From NCBI RefSeq assembly GCF_030028105.1, contig NC_092380.1, positions 17,075,144 to 17,139,143 on the forward strand: DNA of 64,000 bases, given 5' to 3'. The stretch comes from Mobula birostris. Taxonomy: Eukaryota. The translations under genes and the position numbers were made by a program. Below, one piece after another: positions 24,700 to 38,171 of the stretch; positions within the stretch are counted from its first letter, which is position 1, and each line of letters starts with the position of its first letter. The notes beneath the pieces are model-generated. The model saw only the letters and a program-made list of their open reading frames with translations, was not told the origin of the DNA and made no database searches.

Positions 24700-25514
24700 A
24701 TCTATCTGACTTCCCTGCCTGATAACCTTGGGGTTTTCTGCACTATCGTGGAACAAATTACCACTAACCTTTTTCTTAGCATTTTATTCTCTATCTTCAG
24801 TCATTCCAGAGCTAAGGCGCTGGAAACGTCGATGCAGCTCCCTATGCTACGTACTTGGCACGCTATTTGGCGCCCAAAGCGGCTGCCCAGGACAATTCTC
24901 ACTGATTCAATTTGACACAAACAACACATTTCACTGTATGTTTTAATGTACCTGGGACATATAAAACTAATTTTATCTTATCTACCTCAGCCCCCTGCAG
25001 GAGGTTATTCTGCCCCTCAGAACAGCTGAGCTTCCACTGTTTAATACTTGAAGCACAATATATTTTGATTCCAGTGTCTGGCCAGATCCCCCTCCCAGTC
25101 GAGTGTATTTGTGCTTCCATTTCCTTTTCCACTTTATGTCAGGTAATATCATTGTTTCCATTAAGTTTCCTGCTTTGTTGCCCAGGATTAGATCCAGAGG
25201 TTTCCTTTCTTGGGCTGCAGGCACACAGATAGATTACATTTTCATGAAATCTTCTTCCCCAGCTTCTCGTATCACACTTACACATTTCCATTTGTATTGC
25301 ATCTTAACGAAGAAAATGTAGAGGCCAGTTTTTGCACAGCAAGATCTCAAACAGCAATTATATAATCACCAAATAATCTGGTGCAAGATGTTGCCTGAGG
25401 AACCAGGACTTTGTTTGAACTCATCTGTTCTTCGACCCGGTGTATCTTGCATTCACTTGGAAAGGATTGTTGGTTTAACATGTGGCTCTCTCACTTCCTC
25501 ATTAATTTACTGAT

Positions 25515-26300
25515 GGGTCAGTTTGACCAAGACCAAGGAGGTGATTATGGACTTCAGGAGGAGGGAACTGGAGGTCCATGAACCGGTCCTCATTGGAGTA
25601 TCAGAGGTGGAGGGGGTCGGTGTCCTATAATTCCTCAGTGTCATTATTTTACAGGACCTGTCCTGCGTCCAGCATGTAAGTGCAATTATGAAGAAAGCAT
25701 GCTGCACCTCTACTATGTTTGGAATTTGCAAAGATTTGGCATGACACCTAAAACTTTGATAAACTTCTGTAGATGTATGGTGGAGAGTATATTGACTGTT
25801 TTCATCACAGCCTGGTATGGAAACACTAATGCTCTTAAAAGGAAAATACTACAAAAAGTAGTGGATACGGCCCAGTCCATCACAGGTAAAAACCCTCTCC
25901 ACCATTGTGGACATCTACATGGAGTGTTGTTGCAGGAAAGCAGCATCCATCAACAGGGACTCCACTACCCGGGCTATGCTCTCTCTTTGCTGCCATCAGG
26001 AAGAAGGTGCAGGAGCCTCAGGACTCACCACCAGGTTCAGGAACTGTTATGACCTCTCAACCATCAGACTCTTAAAGATTCTTCTCCCCCTCCCCCTCCC
26101 CCTCCCCCTCCCCCTCCTTTTCGCATTGGCACAGTTTGTTGTCTTTTGCAGTCTGGTAGAATGCCGAAGTTGGTGTGGTCTTTCATTGATTCTATTATGG
26201 GTATCGTTTTATGGATTTATTGAGTATGCCTGCAAGAAAATGAATCTCAGGGTTGCATATGGTGAAATATGTACTTGAATAATAAATTTACCTTGAACTT
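25515..26300 (+). mobile_element. Rex1/Babar-type LINE 3' fragment
   Basis: KTKEVIMDFRR..., FCRCMVESILTVFITAWYGN and LLPSGRRCRSLRT motifs. Confidence 0.75.
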
Positions 26301-26904
26301 TGAATTGTGTGCCTCAGTCCCTGGGATAGATCCTAAACTTAACGGTACGAAGATGGTTGGCAATGCTGCCTGCCGAGCCTTGGCTGATGTTAATTGGGGT
26401 TTCTGTTGCAGTTTTCAGAGCTTTACAATGTCTCAGATCATCTTGCATCCAGTGACATATTCTTGCAGAATTGTAATACAGTGGAACTGCAGTCCTAGCA
26501 CGCTTTTTCTCGAGGCAGCCTGTGCTTGACGTCTGAAAGCAAGATCTGTGTAGAGCTTCTGTGGGGAGAGAGAGCCAGATACTCTTTGTAAGTGTGAGGA
26601 CAGCCTGGTACTGACACATTTGAACCATGGGATGACATTTTTTCTCTACAGTTGTCATGAGCTGATTGACCAATAACCAAGCCAGAACTGTCGCTCAATA
26701 TGCTGAGTTATGTTAAGCCACAAGTCCCAGAAAAAAGGATAATAGCTGTTCAGGTTGTGTTAGGATAGGAAGAATCTTTTGAAAACTGTATATTCCGACT
26801 TTAATCAGTTGGGCCAAATGACATTTCTGTGCCTTGTGAGAGTGAGGTGGAACCCAGCAACGTTTGATCACTGCTTGATGGTTGGTATTGTGTCTCCTCT
26901 GCAG

Positions 26905-27020
26905 TACAGAAGTTCCATCTCGATATCACAGTCAAACAAGGACGCGATAAAGTGCGGGAGATGTTTATGAGAAACGCCCACGTCACCGACCCCAGGGTTA
27001 TTGACATTCTGGTGATTAAG
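26905..27020 (+). CDS. NDUFA6: NDUFA6 exon 2
   Basis: ctgcag| acceptor, AAG|gtac donor, 116 nt: (V)[38 protein letters not shown]. Not in the ORF track. Confidence 0.96.
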
Positions 27021-27329
27021 GTACAGGAATTTGGGGATTAATAGAAGAGCAACCAATTTCTTTTGAGTCAGATGAAGCTCTGCTGTTTTTAGCTTTTCAC
27101 TCTGAACTATTTCTGTACAGGTTCAGGTCAGACAAATGCTCACTCGCCTTTAGTTTTGCCTACTACTTTACTCCTCATTTTATGCTTAAGGTTAAAATAG
27201 TTAACAATGCCCACAGGGATCAGTGCTGAGGTTAACACGATCTAATTACATATAGTGACTTGGATTTGGCATAAGAATACAAATTTCAATTGGGGTGTAT
27301 GTTGATATTGAGGAACACTTAGACAATAC

Positions 27330-30300
27330 AAGACCATAAGACATAGCCTTAGGGGTAGAAATAGGCCATTCTGCCCTTCGAGTATTCTCTGGCGTTCAGT
27401 CATGGCTGATTTATTTTTCCCTCAGCCCCATTCTCCTGCTTTCTGTCTGTAACCTTTAGCACCTTTACTAATCAAGGATCTATTAACCTCTGCTTTAAAT
27501 ATCTCCAATGGCTTGGCCTCCACGGCTGTCTGCCATCCTCTAGCTAAAGAAATTGCTCCTCATTTGTTGTAAAGACACATGCCTTTTTTCTGAGGCTGTG
27601 CTATCTTGTCCTTTACCTTTCTGCTACTGGAAATATCCTCTCCATGTCCATTATATTCATGCCTTTCAATATTCAGTAGGTTTCAATGAGATTCCACCCC
27701 CGTCCATCACACCCCACCAGCCATCCTTCTAAACTACATTCAGTACAGGCCCAGAGACAGCAAAAGCTCCTTTCATCCCCAGGATCATTCTCAAAAACAT
27801 CCTTTGGATTGGGGTCCGTGGACCCTTCGGTTAATGGTAGGGGTCCATGGGATAGAAAAGGTTGGGGACCCTTTCCTTCCATCCTTCCTTAGATATGGGG
27901 CCCAGAACTGCTCATTATATCCCAGTGTGGTCTGACCAACCATTATCAATCCACAACATTACCATATTACTTTAATTTCAAGAGAACTAGAGTATAAATG
28001 CTAACATTGCACTTGACTTCCTTGCTACTCACTTGGCTTGCAAGTTGACCTTTAGTCCTGCACCTCAGATTTCTGAATTCTCTCCTCATTTCAAAAATCG
28101 TCTGTAATTTCCTGGCTTTTGCCTCCCTCCCTTTTTAAAGTATGGAGTACATTTGTAATTTTCCTGACTCAGATAATTATTGAAAGATCACTACTGATGT
28201 CTCCACAATCTCTTCAGAACCCTGACGTGTAGTCTATCCAGTCCTGGTGGCTTATTCACCTTCAGACCTTAACTTCCAAAGCACCTTCCACTTAGTGATA
28301 GTGACTACGCTCACTTTTGCCCCTGATATTCTCAAATTTATGGCATGTTGCTGGTGTCTTTCTCAGTGAAGACTGATGCAAAATGCTTATTCAGTTTAAC
28401 TGCCATTTCTTTATTCTCCGTTACTACTTTTCCAGTGGTCTGATGTCCACTTGTCTCTCTTTTACTCTTTATATACCTGAGAAAGTTTTTGTATCCTCGT
28501 TACTAGCTGATCTTCATTTTTCATCTTTTTTCCCTTTATTGCTTTTTTAGTCACCTTCTTTGGTTTTTAAAAGCTTCCCAATCCTCAAGCTTCCTACTAA
28601 CTTTTGCAATATCGTATGCACTCTTTTTTCAGGCTGTCTTTGACTTTCCTTGTCAGCCATGGTTGCCTCATCCTCCCTTTAGAACACTGCTGTTTCTTTG
28701 TGATGAAATGATCTTGTGTCTTCCAAATTACTCCCAGAATCTCTACCATGCATTGCTGCTGTACCATCATTCTTGCTAGGATCTTCTTTGGCCAACTCCT
28801 CTCTCATGCCTTTGTAGTTCATTTTACTCAACTGTAATACCAATTTTAGCTTCTCCCTCTCAAACTGCAGGGGGAAATTCATCCTGCTATGATCACTGCC
28901 TCTTAAAGATTCCTTTACCTTGAGTTCCCTAATCAATTTGGTTCATTGCATAATATTAAACCCAGAATTGCCTTTCTGTTCATGGGATCCACCACATGCT
29001 GCTCCAAAAAGCATTCTGATAGACCTTCTGCAAGTGATTTCTCTTGAACTTCCCAGTCTACCTGTATATTGAAGTGCCCCCATGACCACTGCAGCAATAC
29101 CTTTCTTACATGCCTGTTCTACCTCTTGTTACTCTTGCGATTTCTAACTCTACCTACAAGGATTCTAGCTCTTTGGGTCCTATGACACTTCTTGCTATGA
29201 ATTTGTTTTGATTTAATTCTTTAACCAACAAGGCTACCCCACCCCATCCCATTGGCCCCCGTCTGTCTTGTTGTTAGGATACGTATCCTTGGATGTTTAG
29301 CTCCCAACTGTGATCTTCTTTCAGCTGTGACTGTGATGCCCACAATGTTGTATCTGCTAATTTCTAACTGTGCTATAAGCTCTTGCATCTTGTTTCATAT
29401 ACAGCGTGCATTCAAATATAACACCTTCTGTGCTGTATTCACCTCCCCTCTTCTCCAAGTTGCCTGATAGTTCTTAACCCTTTCTAAACTATTTTGTACT
29501 TTATTCTGGAGACTTTAATAACCTCTCCTATGCTCTCCTTCCCTTTTAGTTTATCCATAATTTCCAATCTGTTGAATCCACTCCCCTACTATTTAGTTTA
29601 AAACCCTATTCACGGCCCTAGTATTGTGATTCTGCCAGGACCCTGGTTCAGGTGGAGCCCACCTTATCGGAACAGTTCCCTCTCCCAGTAGTGGTGCCAA
29701 TGTCTCATGAGTTCAAATCCACTTCTCCCACACCAGTCTTGAGCCACCACATTTAACTCTCTAATCTAAATGAACCACATGGCTCGGGTAGCAATCTAGA
29801 GATTAGTATCTCTTTGGTTCTGCTTTTTAATATAGTCCATGGCTGTTCAAATTTCATTAGCAGAACCTCTTTGCTTGTTCTTCCCGGTACCCACATAAAC
29901 CATGACAACTGGCTCTTTCTCCTCCCACTGGAAATTCCTCTGTAGGTCAGATTCATGTGAGATCTGCTGCAGATGGACACCAGGCAGACAGCACAGTTGT
30001 CAGGATTCATGATCCTTGCAATAGACAATTACCTTGACGATATGATATCCAAGTACAACTATATTTCTCTTCTCTCTCCCCTTTCAAATGGCTCCCTGAA
30101 TCACAGGCTACCATTAGGTTGCTCATCCTTCCTGTAGCCCCCGCTCTCACCCACACAGGAAGTAAGAATCCTGTTAGTCTAGCTCAAGGGCTGAGGCTCC
30201 TCCAGTACTACCTCTTGAATTCCCCTACCTGCCTCACTCACAGTCACACCCTCTTGATGTTGACCTTAGTCAGAATTTGAAACATACACAGTATGACTGC

Positions 30301-30390
30301 CCCCTGAAACACAGTATCCAGGTAACTCTACCCTTCCATGGTGTGTCACAGTGTTTGAAGCTCAGATTCCAGGTGATCAATTTAGAGCTC
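27330..30390 (-). mobile_element. Degenerate CR1 LINE in NDUFA6 intron 2
   Basis: Minus-strand remnants IRELKVKESLRGSDH (endonuclease) and ORF1-like text; CR1 3' tail near 27335. Boundaries approximate. Confidence 0.8.
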
Positions 30391-31305
30391 GAGTTCCTCA
30401 AGCTGCAGACATTGTAAACAGGAACTACATTGGGGTCCACCAGCTCCCACGTGCAACCTCAACTGCATCCTTACTTTATTTAATTAGTTGTTTTATTGTC
30501 AGCCACGTTTTCAGTAACCGTGCTTAAGTCTCAATTACTCAGCAATTAGTCCATCTGAGTAGTTTAAAAAGGCTTCTTGCCGAAGCCTCTCAAGCCAAAG
30601 CCTTAAAATCCCACCCCTACACTCAGCCACCCCACTTGTACTCTCCTTCCTTTTATTAGCAGCTGCTGTCCAATTAGCTAATCAGCCAATATTTTGCCGA
30701 GATTGTGAATAAATTAATATGGTTTTGTGAGGCTTATTTCTTTTATAAATGTGCATGCCAATAAAGTGGAAAATGAGATGATAATGAAGCAAAATCCCAT
30801 AGAGACCTTTAGGGTAGATTCATATATCATTAAAAGTAAAACTGTAGGTTAATAGTAAACAGAAACCAAGCAGTGGGATTTATAGCTGGAATAACAGAAT
30901 TCTGAAGCAGGTAAGTTAAACTTGTATAGAAATAACAACAAAGTGCAGCTCAGGCAGAATCTGTGGAAAAAGAAACAGCTGATGTTTCAGGTTGAGGGGT
31001 TTCCCATCTGCGCTTGATCACAGACGTTCCCCATATCCTCTCCAAATTTTCTGGAGGTTAAACACGTTTGATTTCTAACTCCTGTCAGTTCTGAAGAGAG
31101 GTTAGCAACCTAAAATGCTGAGTCTGCTTTTTCCTTTGCCTGACCTAAATATTTTCAGAGTTTTCTGCTGTTGTATCAGAACTTGCAAGTGACTTTTGCA
31201 TTGTCCACACTTCTGATTTAGCCACAGTTCCATTTACTTTATCACCCCATCTTTGGTCGTTCATACTCCCCTAATTTCTTGCCCTGTTGGTTTTTCCATT
31301 TCCAG

Positions 31306-31437
31306 GGTAAAATGGATCTTGAAGAAACGATAAAAGTTTGGAAGCAGCGGACACACATCATGCGTTACTTCCATGAGACAGAGACTCCTCGACCTACCGA
31401 TTTCCTATCTAGATTCTACGCGGGCCACGATGTGTAA
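31306..31437 (+). CDS. NDUFA6: NDUFA6 exon 3
   Basis: tttccag| acceptor; [43 protein letters not shown]; AATAAA at 31464 and 31483. Joined CDS is 127 aa. Confidence 0.96.
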   Translation, partial: GKMDLEETIKVWKQRTHIMRYFHETETPRPTDFLSRFYAGHDV

Positions 31438-32862
31438 ATAATGAGGCAGTGTGTCTATTGTAAAATAAAGATATTCAAAAGTAATAAATCTGATGGGTTT
31501 AGTCTCTTTCCCTAGAGGTGTCGCATGTTGTTATTTGGACACAAATTCATTATTTTCCAGCCAGTGAGCTCATGTATCCCCAGGTAATTCCCCATCAATC
31601 TGGGTCTGAGTCTGGCTTCCAAAAGGTTGGTTCACAATTTCGTGGTACTTCACACCAGAGTATCTTGGATCAACTCTTCTCTCCATTCCTAATCTCATTT
31701 TAAACCCTGCTGCATCTGTTGTCCCTCAAACATCTGTTTTTCTCACAAGGACATATTTCATAAGAGCAGGACTCTGCCCTGTTAGGGTGTATTCTGGAGT
31801 AAGGGTATATAGCTGGTATTAATTTCAGTAGCAACCAATCTTCAGATTTGAATGTGGATCATAGATTGAATTTAAAATGCAGCTCTGAACAAGAGCCTCC
31901 CTGGTGCTGCAGATTGGGGTTGATTACAAACTACCCATTCACTTGATGTCGGCATATGTGTGAATCTAGAGTCAGTGGGGATTAACATTCGTTTTGGGTG
32001 TCAGTGTGAGTATGAAGGAGGATGTGTTTGAAAACTGTATGTAGTTCAAAGGAAGCATTGTAGATACATTTTAACAAGAGAATTGTCCTGTTACCTTTGA
32101 TCTTTAGCATATAAAATGTAATTTAATATTGTGTCAAGCAGTCCTCCTCTTCTGAGAGTGTCTCAAATAGCTGCTTGTTGTGCTGAATAAATTTCTATAT
32201 CCACTAGCTTGTCTCTCCAGTGCCTTGTTCACATTACAAATGCACTTAGATAGCCCTGCCTTCAGTAAGCCCACGGCTGATCTGATCTTTAGTGTCAGCT
32301 TCACTCTCCGTTTTCACCACCATTTAGCCCCAAAATCGATCTCTGCCTTCAATATACTCAGTGACTCTATTCCCATGGCTCTCAGGAGTAGAATATTCCA
32401 AGTATTCACAACCCTTCTCACCCCATTCTGAAATGGGAGACCCTTGATCTTGAAATTAAACTCTGGAGGGTAAATGCAGATCATCGAAAGAGAGTTGTAG
32501 ACTCAGGCAGGTCCATCTCAGGCACAAGCCTTCCTATCAGCGAGCACATCTTCAAGAGGCACTGTCTCAGAGAGATGGTATCCATCACAAAGGACCCTCA
32601 CCATTCAGGACATGTCCTTTTTTTTAACCATCATCAGGGAAGAGGTACAGTAGCCTGAAGATGCATACTCAGTACTTTAAAGACAGTTTTTTCCCCTCCA
32701 CCATCAGATTTCTGAATGGTCCATGAACATGATCTCACTATTCCTTCTTTATATTTTATTTCTTGTTGCAACTTACATTAATTTCATTGTCTTGTGCTGT
32801 ACTGCCATCATGAAACAACAAGTTTCACTACATAAACCTAATTCTGATGCTTAAACGACAAT

Positions 32863-34340
32863 ATAGAACATAGAATAGCACAGCACAGTACAGACCCTTC
32901 GGCCCACAATGTTGTGCCGACCCTCAAACCCTGCCTCCCATATAACCCCCACCACCTCAAATTCCTTCATATACCTGTCCAGTAGTCTCTTAAATTTCAC
33001 TAGTGTATCTGCCTCCACCACTGACTCAGGCAGTGCATTCCACATACCAACCACTCTCTTGAGTAAAAAAACCTTCCTTTAATATCCCCCTTGAACTTCC
33101 CACCCTTTACCTTAAAGCCATGTCCGCTTGTATTGAGCAGTGGTGCTGTGAGGAAGAGGCACTGGCTATCCACTCTATTCCTCTGAATATCTTGTGTACC
33201 TCTATCATGCCTCCTCTCATCCTCCTTCTCTCCAAAGAGTAAAGCCCTAGATCCCTTAATCTCTGATCATAATGCATACTCTGTAAACCAGGCAGCATCC
33301 TAGTAAATCTCCTCTGTACCCTTTCCAATGCTTCCACATCCTTCCTATATTGAGGCATTCAGAACTGGACACAGTACTCCAAGTGTGGCCTAACCAGAGT
33401 TTTATAGAGCTGCATCATTACCTTGCGACTCTTAAACTCTATTCCTCGACTTATGAAAGCTAACACCCCATAAGCTTTCTTAACTACCCTATCCACCTGT
33501 GAGGCAACTTTCAGGGATCTGTGGACATGTACCCCCAGCTCCCTCTGCTCCTCCACACTACCAAGTATCCTGCCATTTATTTTGTACTCTGCCTTGGAGT
33601 TTGTCCTTCCAAAATGTACCACCTCACACTTCTTTGGGTTGAACTCCATCTGCCACTTCTTCATCCTATCAATGTCTCTCTATAATCTTCAACAATCCTC
33701 TACAATCCTCAACTTTTGTGTCGTCTGCAAACTTTCCAACCCACCCTTCTACTCCCACATCCAGGTTGTTAATAAAAATCACGAAAAGTAGAGGTCCCAG
33801 AACTGATCCTTGTGGGACACCACTAGTCACAACCCTCCAATCTGAATGTACTCCCTCCACCACGACCCTCTGCCTTCTGCAGGCAAGCCAGTTCTGAATC
33901 CACCTGGCCAAACTTCCCTGGATCCCATGCCTTCTGACTTTCTGAATAAGCCTACCATTTGGAACCTTGTCAAATGCCTTACTAAAATCCATGTAGATCA
34001 CATCCACTGCACTACCTTCGTCTATATGCCTGGTCACCTCCTCAAAGAACTCTATCAGGCTTGTTAGACACGATCTGCCCTTCATAAAGCCATGCTGACT
34101 GTCCCTGATCAGACCATGATTCTCTAAATGCCCATAGATCCTATCTCTAAGAATCTTTTCCAACAGCTTTCCCACCACAGTTGTAAGGCTCACTGGTCTA
34201 TAATTACCCGGACTATCCCTACCACCCTTTTTGAACAAGGGGACAACATTCGCCTCCCTCCAGTCCTCTGGTACCATTCCCATGGACAATGAGGACATAA
34301 AGATCCTAGCCAGAGGCTCAGCAATCTCTTCTCTTTAGTC
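32863..34340 (-). mobile_element. Relatively young 5'-truncated CR1 LINE (RT domain)
   Basis: Long open stretches: PEDWREANVVPLFKKG, YMDFSKAFDKVP, GVPQGSVLGPLLF, FADDTK, LYKTLVRPHLEYC. (TTCTATG)n-like tail. Confidence 0.93.
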
Positions 34341-34949
34341 CTGGAATTAATTTTTATGTCCTTCCACTGACCACATGGGTTTCCTCCCACAGTCCAAAGT
34401 TAGTAGGTATTACAGGTAAATTGTTCTGTGATTAGGCTAGTGTTAAATAGGTGGGCGTTGTGACTCATTGGGCAAGAAGAACCTGTTCTGCAGTGTATCT
34501 CTAAATAAATAAATTCAATGAGTCTCTTTTATTATCTTCATAGCAGTTACATTTATCATTAAATGAGAGACGAAGACATGGAGGCCACAGTGGTGCAGCA
34601 GGTAGATCTGCTACCTCGCAGAACCAGAGGTCCAAACCTCCAACATTGTCTGTGTGAAGTCTGCACGTTCTATGACCTCCCCCAACCACCACCACATGTT
34701 CCAGTTTCTTCCCGCATCCCAAAGACATTTAACTTGGCCCCTGTAAGTTGTCTGTGGTGTGTAACGAATAGCAGAGTTGGGTAGTTGGTGAAAAGATGCA
34801 TTGATGTAGGATTAGTGTAAATGAGTGGTTGACAGTCTGTGGAGACTTGGTGTGTTGAAGAGCCTGTTTCGGTACCATATGGTTCTATGGTGTTAAAGCT
34901 GCTCATCTTATTCTAGCTGTCATCTATCCACTACTCTTGTATCCAACAA

Positions 34950-36070
34950 AGCCATCCTATCCACTCTGCCCACCTGTCTTGTCAACAGGATATACCCTTG
35001 GGTGTTTAGGTCCCAGTGGTGATCTTTTAGCTATGACTGATGCCCACAGTGTTGTACCTGCTAAATTCTAACTGTGCTATAAGCTCTTACATCTTGTTTC
35101 ACATACTGCATGAATTCAAATATAACATCTTCCGTCCTGTATTCAAAATCCCTCTTCTCACATTTTGTCTCCATATTGCCTGAAGTTAAATTCTTAACTC
35201 TTTCTAAACCCTCATTTTATTCTGGAGACTTCAATAACCTCTCCTTCCCTTTTAGTTTATCCACAAGTTTCCAATCTGTTGAATCCACTCCCCTTCTATT
35301 TCGTTTAAAACCCTATTCACAGACCTAGTTTTGTGATTTGTCAGGACCCTGTTCCAAGCATGGTTCAGGTGGACCCCATCTTATCAGAACAGTTCCCTCT
35401 CCCAACAGTGGTGTCAATGTCCTATGAATTCAAATCCACTTCCCCACACCATTCTTTGAGCCACACATTTAACTCTCTAAACTTATTGACCCTGTGCCAA
35501 TTGCACATGGTTAAAGTGGCAATCCAGAGATTATTATCTTTTCCATTCCACTTTTTAATGTTACCCTTAGCTGTTCAAATGTCATTTGCAGAACCTCTTT
35601 GCTTGTTCCACCTGGTACCCACATAAACCATGACAACTGGGTCTCCGACCCCCCCCACTCCAAATTCCTCTGCAGGTCATATTCAATCTGCAGCTGGGCA
35701 CCAGGCAGGCAACACAGTCATCAGGACTCTTGATCCTTGCAATAGACAATTACCCTGACTACATGATATCCAAATATAACTATATTTCTCTTCTCTCCCC
35801 CTTCTCAAATGGTTCCCTGAACCACAGGCCCCCATTAAGTTGCTCATCTTTCCTGCAGCCCCCACTCTCACCCACACGGGGAGTAAGAATCCTGTGAGAC
35901 TATCTCGAGGACTGAGGCTCTCCCAGCACCACCTCTTGAATTCCCCTACCTGCCTCACTCATAGTCACACCCTCTTGATGTTGAGCATGGTCAGAATTTT
36001 TTTAGCAATTAATCTTCTGGGTATGACTGCCACCTGAATCACAGCATCCGGGTAACTCTACCCCTTGATA
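34950..36070 (-). mobile_element. CR1 5'/ORF1 fragment similar to 29250-30340
   Basis: Co-linear sequence similarity with the NDUFA6 intron 2 copy. Confidence 0.7.
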
Positions 36071-36129
36071 TATCAAGGACTGTTTCTTTCATCCACTGCC
36101 TCTGGAATTAACCTTATGGTGCATTTGTC

Positions 36130-37360
36130 CAAATCCGAGAACTTCTGTCAATTCAACATGTTCCCAATGACTCTTACCAACTTTTGTAAATATGCTATAT
36201 AAAGCCTCCTATGTGGATACCTCACAGCTTCTGCTCTGCCCGAAACCACAAGAAATGCAGAGTAGTGGACGCAGGCTAGACCACCATACAAACAAACCTT
36301 CCCTCTTGACTCCGTCTACACTTCCCACTGCCTCGAGAAAACAGCCAGTTGGATCAAGGACCCCCTCTCACCCCGGTCATTCTCTCCTCTCCTCTCTCCT
36401 GTCAGAATCAGAGTCTAATATTACCAGCATATGTCGTGAGATTTGTTAACTTTGCGACAGCAGTATAATGCAAGGCATACTAACAGGGAAAAAAACTGAA
36501 CTATAGTAAGTATATATATTAAATAGTGCAAAAATAGAAATAAAAAAGTAGTGAGGTAGTGTTTATGAGTTTAATGTTCATTCAGAAATCGGATGGCAGA
36601 AGGGAAAAAGCTGAATGATTAATTGTTGGGTTTATGCCTTCGGGCTTCTATACCTCCCTCCTGGTGATAGCAATGAGAAGAATGCATCCCCTAGGTGAAG
36701 GGGGTCCTTAATGATGGATGCCGCCTTTCTGAGGCATCGCTCCTTGAACGCGTCCTGGTTGCTATGTAGGATAGTGCCCATGATGGAGCTTTTTACGTTT
36801 ACAACTCTGCAGCTTAATTTGATCCTGTGCAGTAGCCCCCGCCCCCCCATTCCTGAACCAGATGGTAATACAACCAGTTACAATGCTGTCTACGCTACAT
36901 CTGCAGAAATTTGTGTGTTTCAGGCGACATACCAAATCTGCTCAAGCTCCTGATGAAATATAGCCACTGTTGTGTCTTCTTTGTAGCTGCATCAATATGT
37001 TGGGTCCAGGTTAGATCCTCAGAGATACTGACACCCAGGAACTTGAAGCTGCTCACTCTTTCCTCCTCTGTGTCGGGCAGAAGATACAGAAGCCTGAGAT
37101 CACAAACCATCAGACTCAAGGACAGCTTCTATCCTGCTGTTATGATTCTTGAGTTGTCCTCTCACATGCTAAAGGATGAATTCTTGATCTTCCAATCTAG
37201 CTCACCATCACCTTGCCCGGCTGCACTGCTCTTTCTAACCATACACTATATTCTGCATCGCTTCTCCTTTACTACCTCAGTGTAATGTGTTCCATAAGGA
37301 TGGTACATAAATGAAAGCTTTTCACTCTACCTCAGTACGTGTGACAGTAATAATATTAAA
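36130..37360. mobile_element. Cluster of Rex1/Babar-type LINE fragments in both orientations
   Basis: Minus strand ERVSSFKFLGVSISEDLTW and FKERCLRKAASIIKDP; plus strand SGRRYRSLRSQTIRLKDSFYPAV. Confidence 0.7.
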
Positions 37361-37420
37361 CCAAACCTAAACTGGCCATTACCTAAGTGGCATGTGAGAG
37401 CACTGGTAACTGGCTTCCAT

Positions 37421-37870
37421 GCTACACCCACAACACGCTGGAGTAACTCGGCAGGTCGGGCAGCATCTGTGGAAACGAGCAGTCAACGTTTCGGGCCGGA
37501 ACCCTTCGTCAGGACTGAAGAGGGAAGGGGCAGAGGCCCTATAAAGAAGGTGGAGGGAGGGTGGGAAGGAGAAGGCTGGTAGGTTCCAGGTGAAAAACCA
37601 GTAAGGGGAAAGATAAAGGGGTGGGGGAGGTGATAGGCAGGAAAGGTGAAGAAGGAATAGGGGAAAACACAATGGGTAGTAGAAGGAGGCGGAACCTCCC
37701 CCCACCTTCTTTATAGGGCCTCTGCCCCTTCCCTCTTCAGTCCTGACGAAGGGTTCCGGCCCAAAACGTTGACTGATCATTTCCATGGATGCTGCCCGAC
37801 CTGCTGAGTTCCTCCAGTGTGTTGTGAGTGTTGCTTTGACCCCAGCATCTGCAGAGTATTTTGTGTTTAC
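37421..37870. mobile_element. Penelope-derived insertion made of two inverted terminal repeats
   Basis: Arms ~37424-37561 and ~37695-37832 are reverse complements. 13-bp TSD aactggcttccat at 37408-37420 and 37871-37883. Confidence 0.88.
37480..37517 (-). ncRNA. Minimal type-I hammerhead ribozyme motif (best-preserved copy)
   Basis: Minus strand CAGTC-CTGACGA-A-GGGTTCCGGCCC-GAAA-C-GTT-GACTG: perfect 5-bp stem I, stem II hairpin, palindromic AACGTT stem III. Confidence 0.75.
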
Positions 37871-38171
37871 AACTGGCTTCCATCACTTTAATGATTTTGA
37901 CTGTTTGGGCAGTCATTATTGGATTTGTCCTACAGCTTGTGTCCACGAGATTGTGGGACAATTATCTGACAGAAACCTGTAACTGCACTGGAACACGCAT
38001 GAGTATTTGTGGTGTTCAGGTCTTCAGTGGTACGGATGGGAAGTGGTCTGCTCCTGTAACCATTGCTGTTTCCTGTGTTCTCAGCTACTTCTCGATACGA
38101 GAGGAAACTTCTTCACTAAGACTGTGGTATGGACTGCCAGCACAAGTGGAGGATGCAATTTTGATTTAGTA

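Noticed and set aside
30940-31180. Additional hammerhead-like motifs (CTGAAGA..AAAA) before NDUFA6 exon 3
   Set aside because: Core and stems are too decayed to call; probably old PLE remnants.
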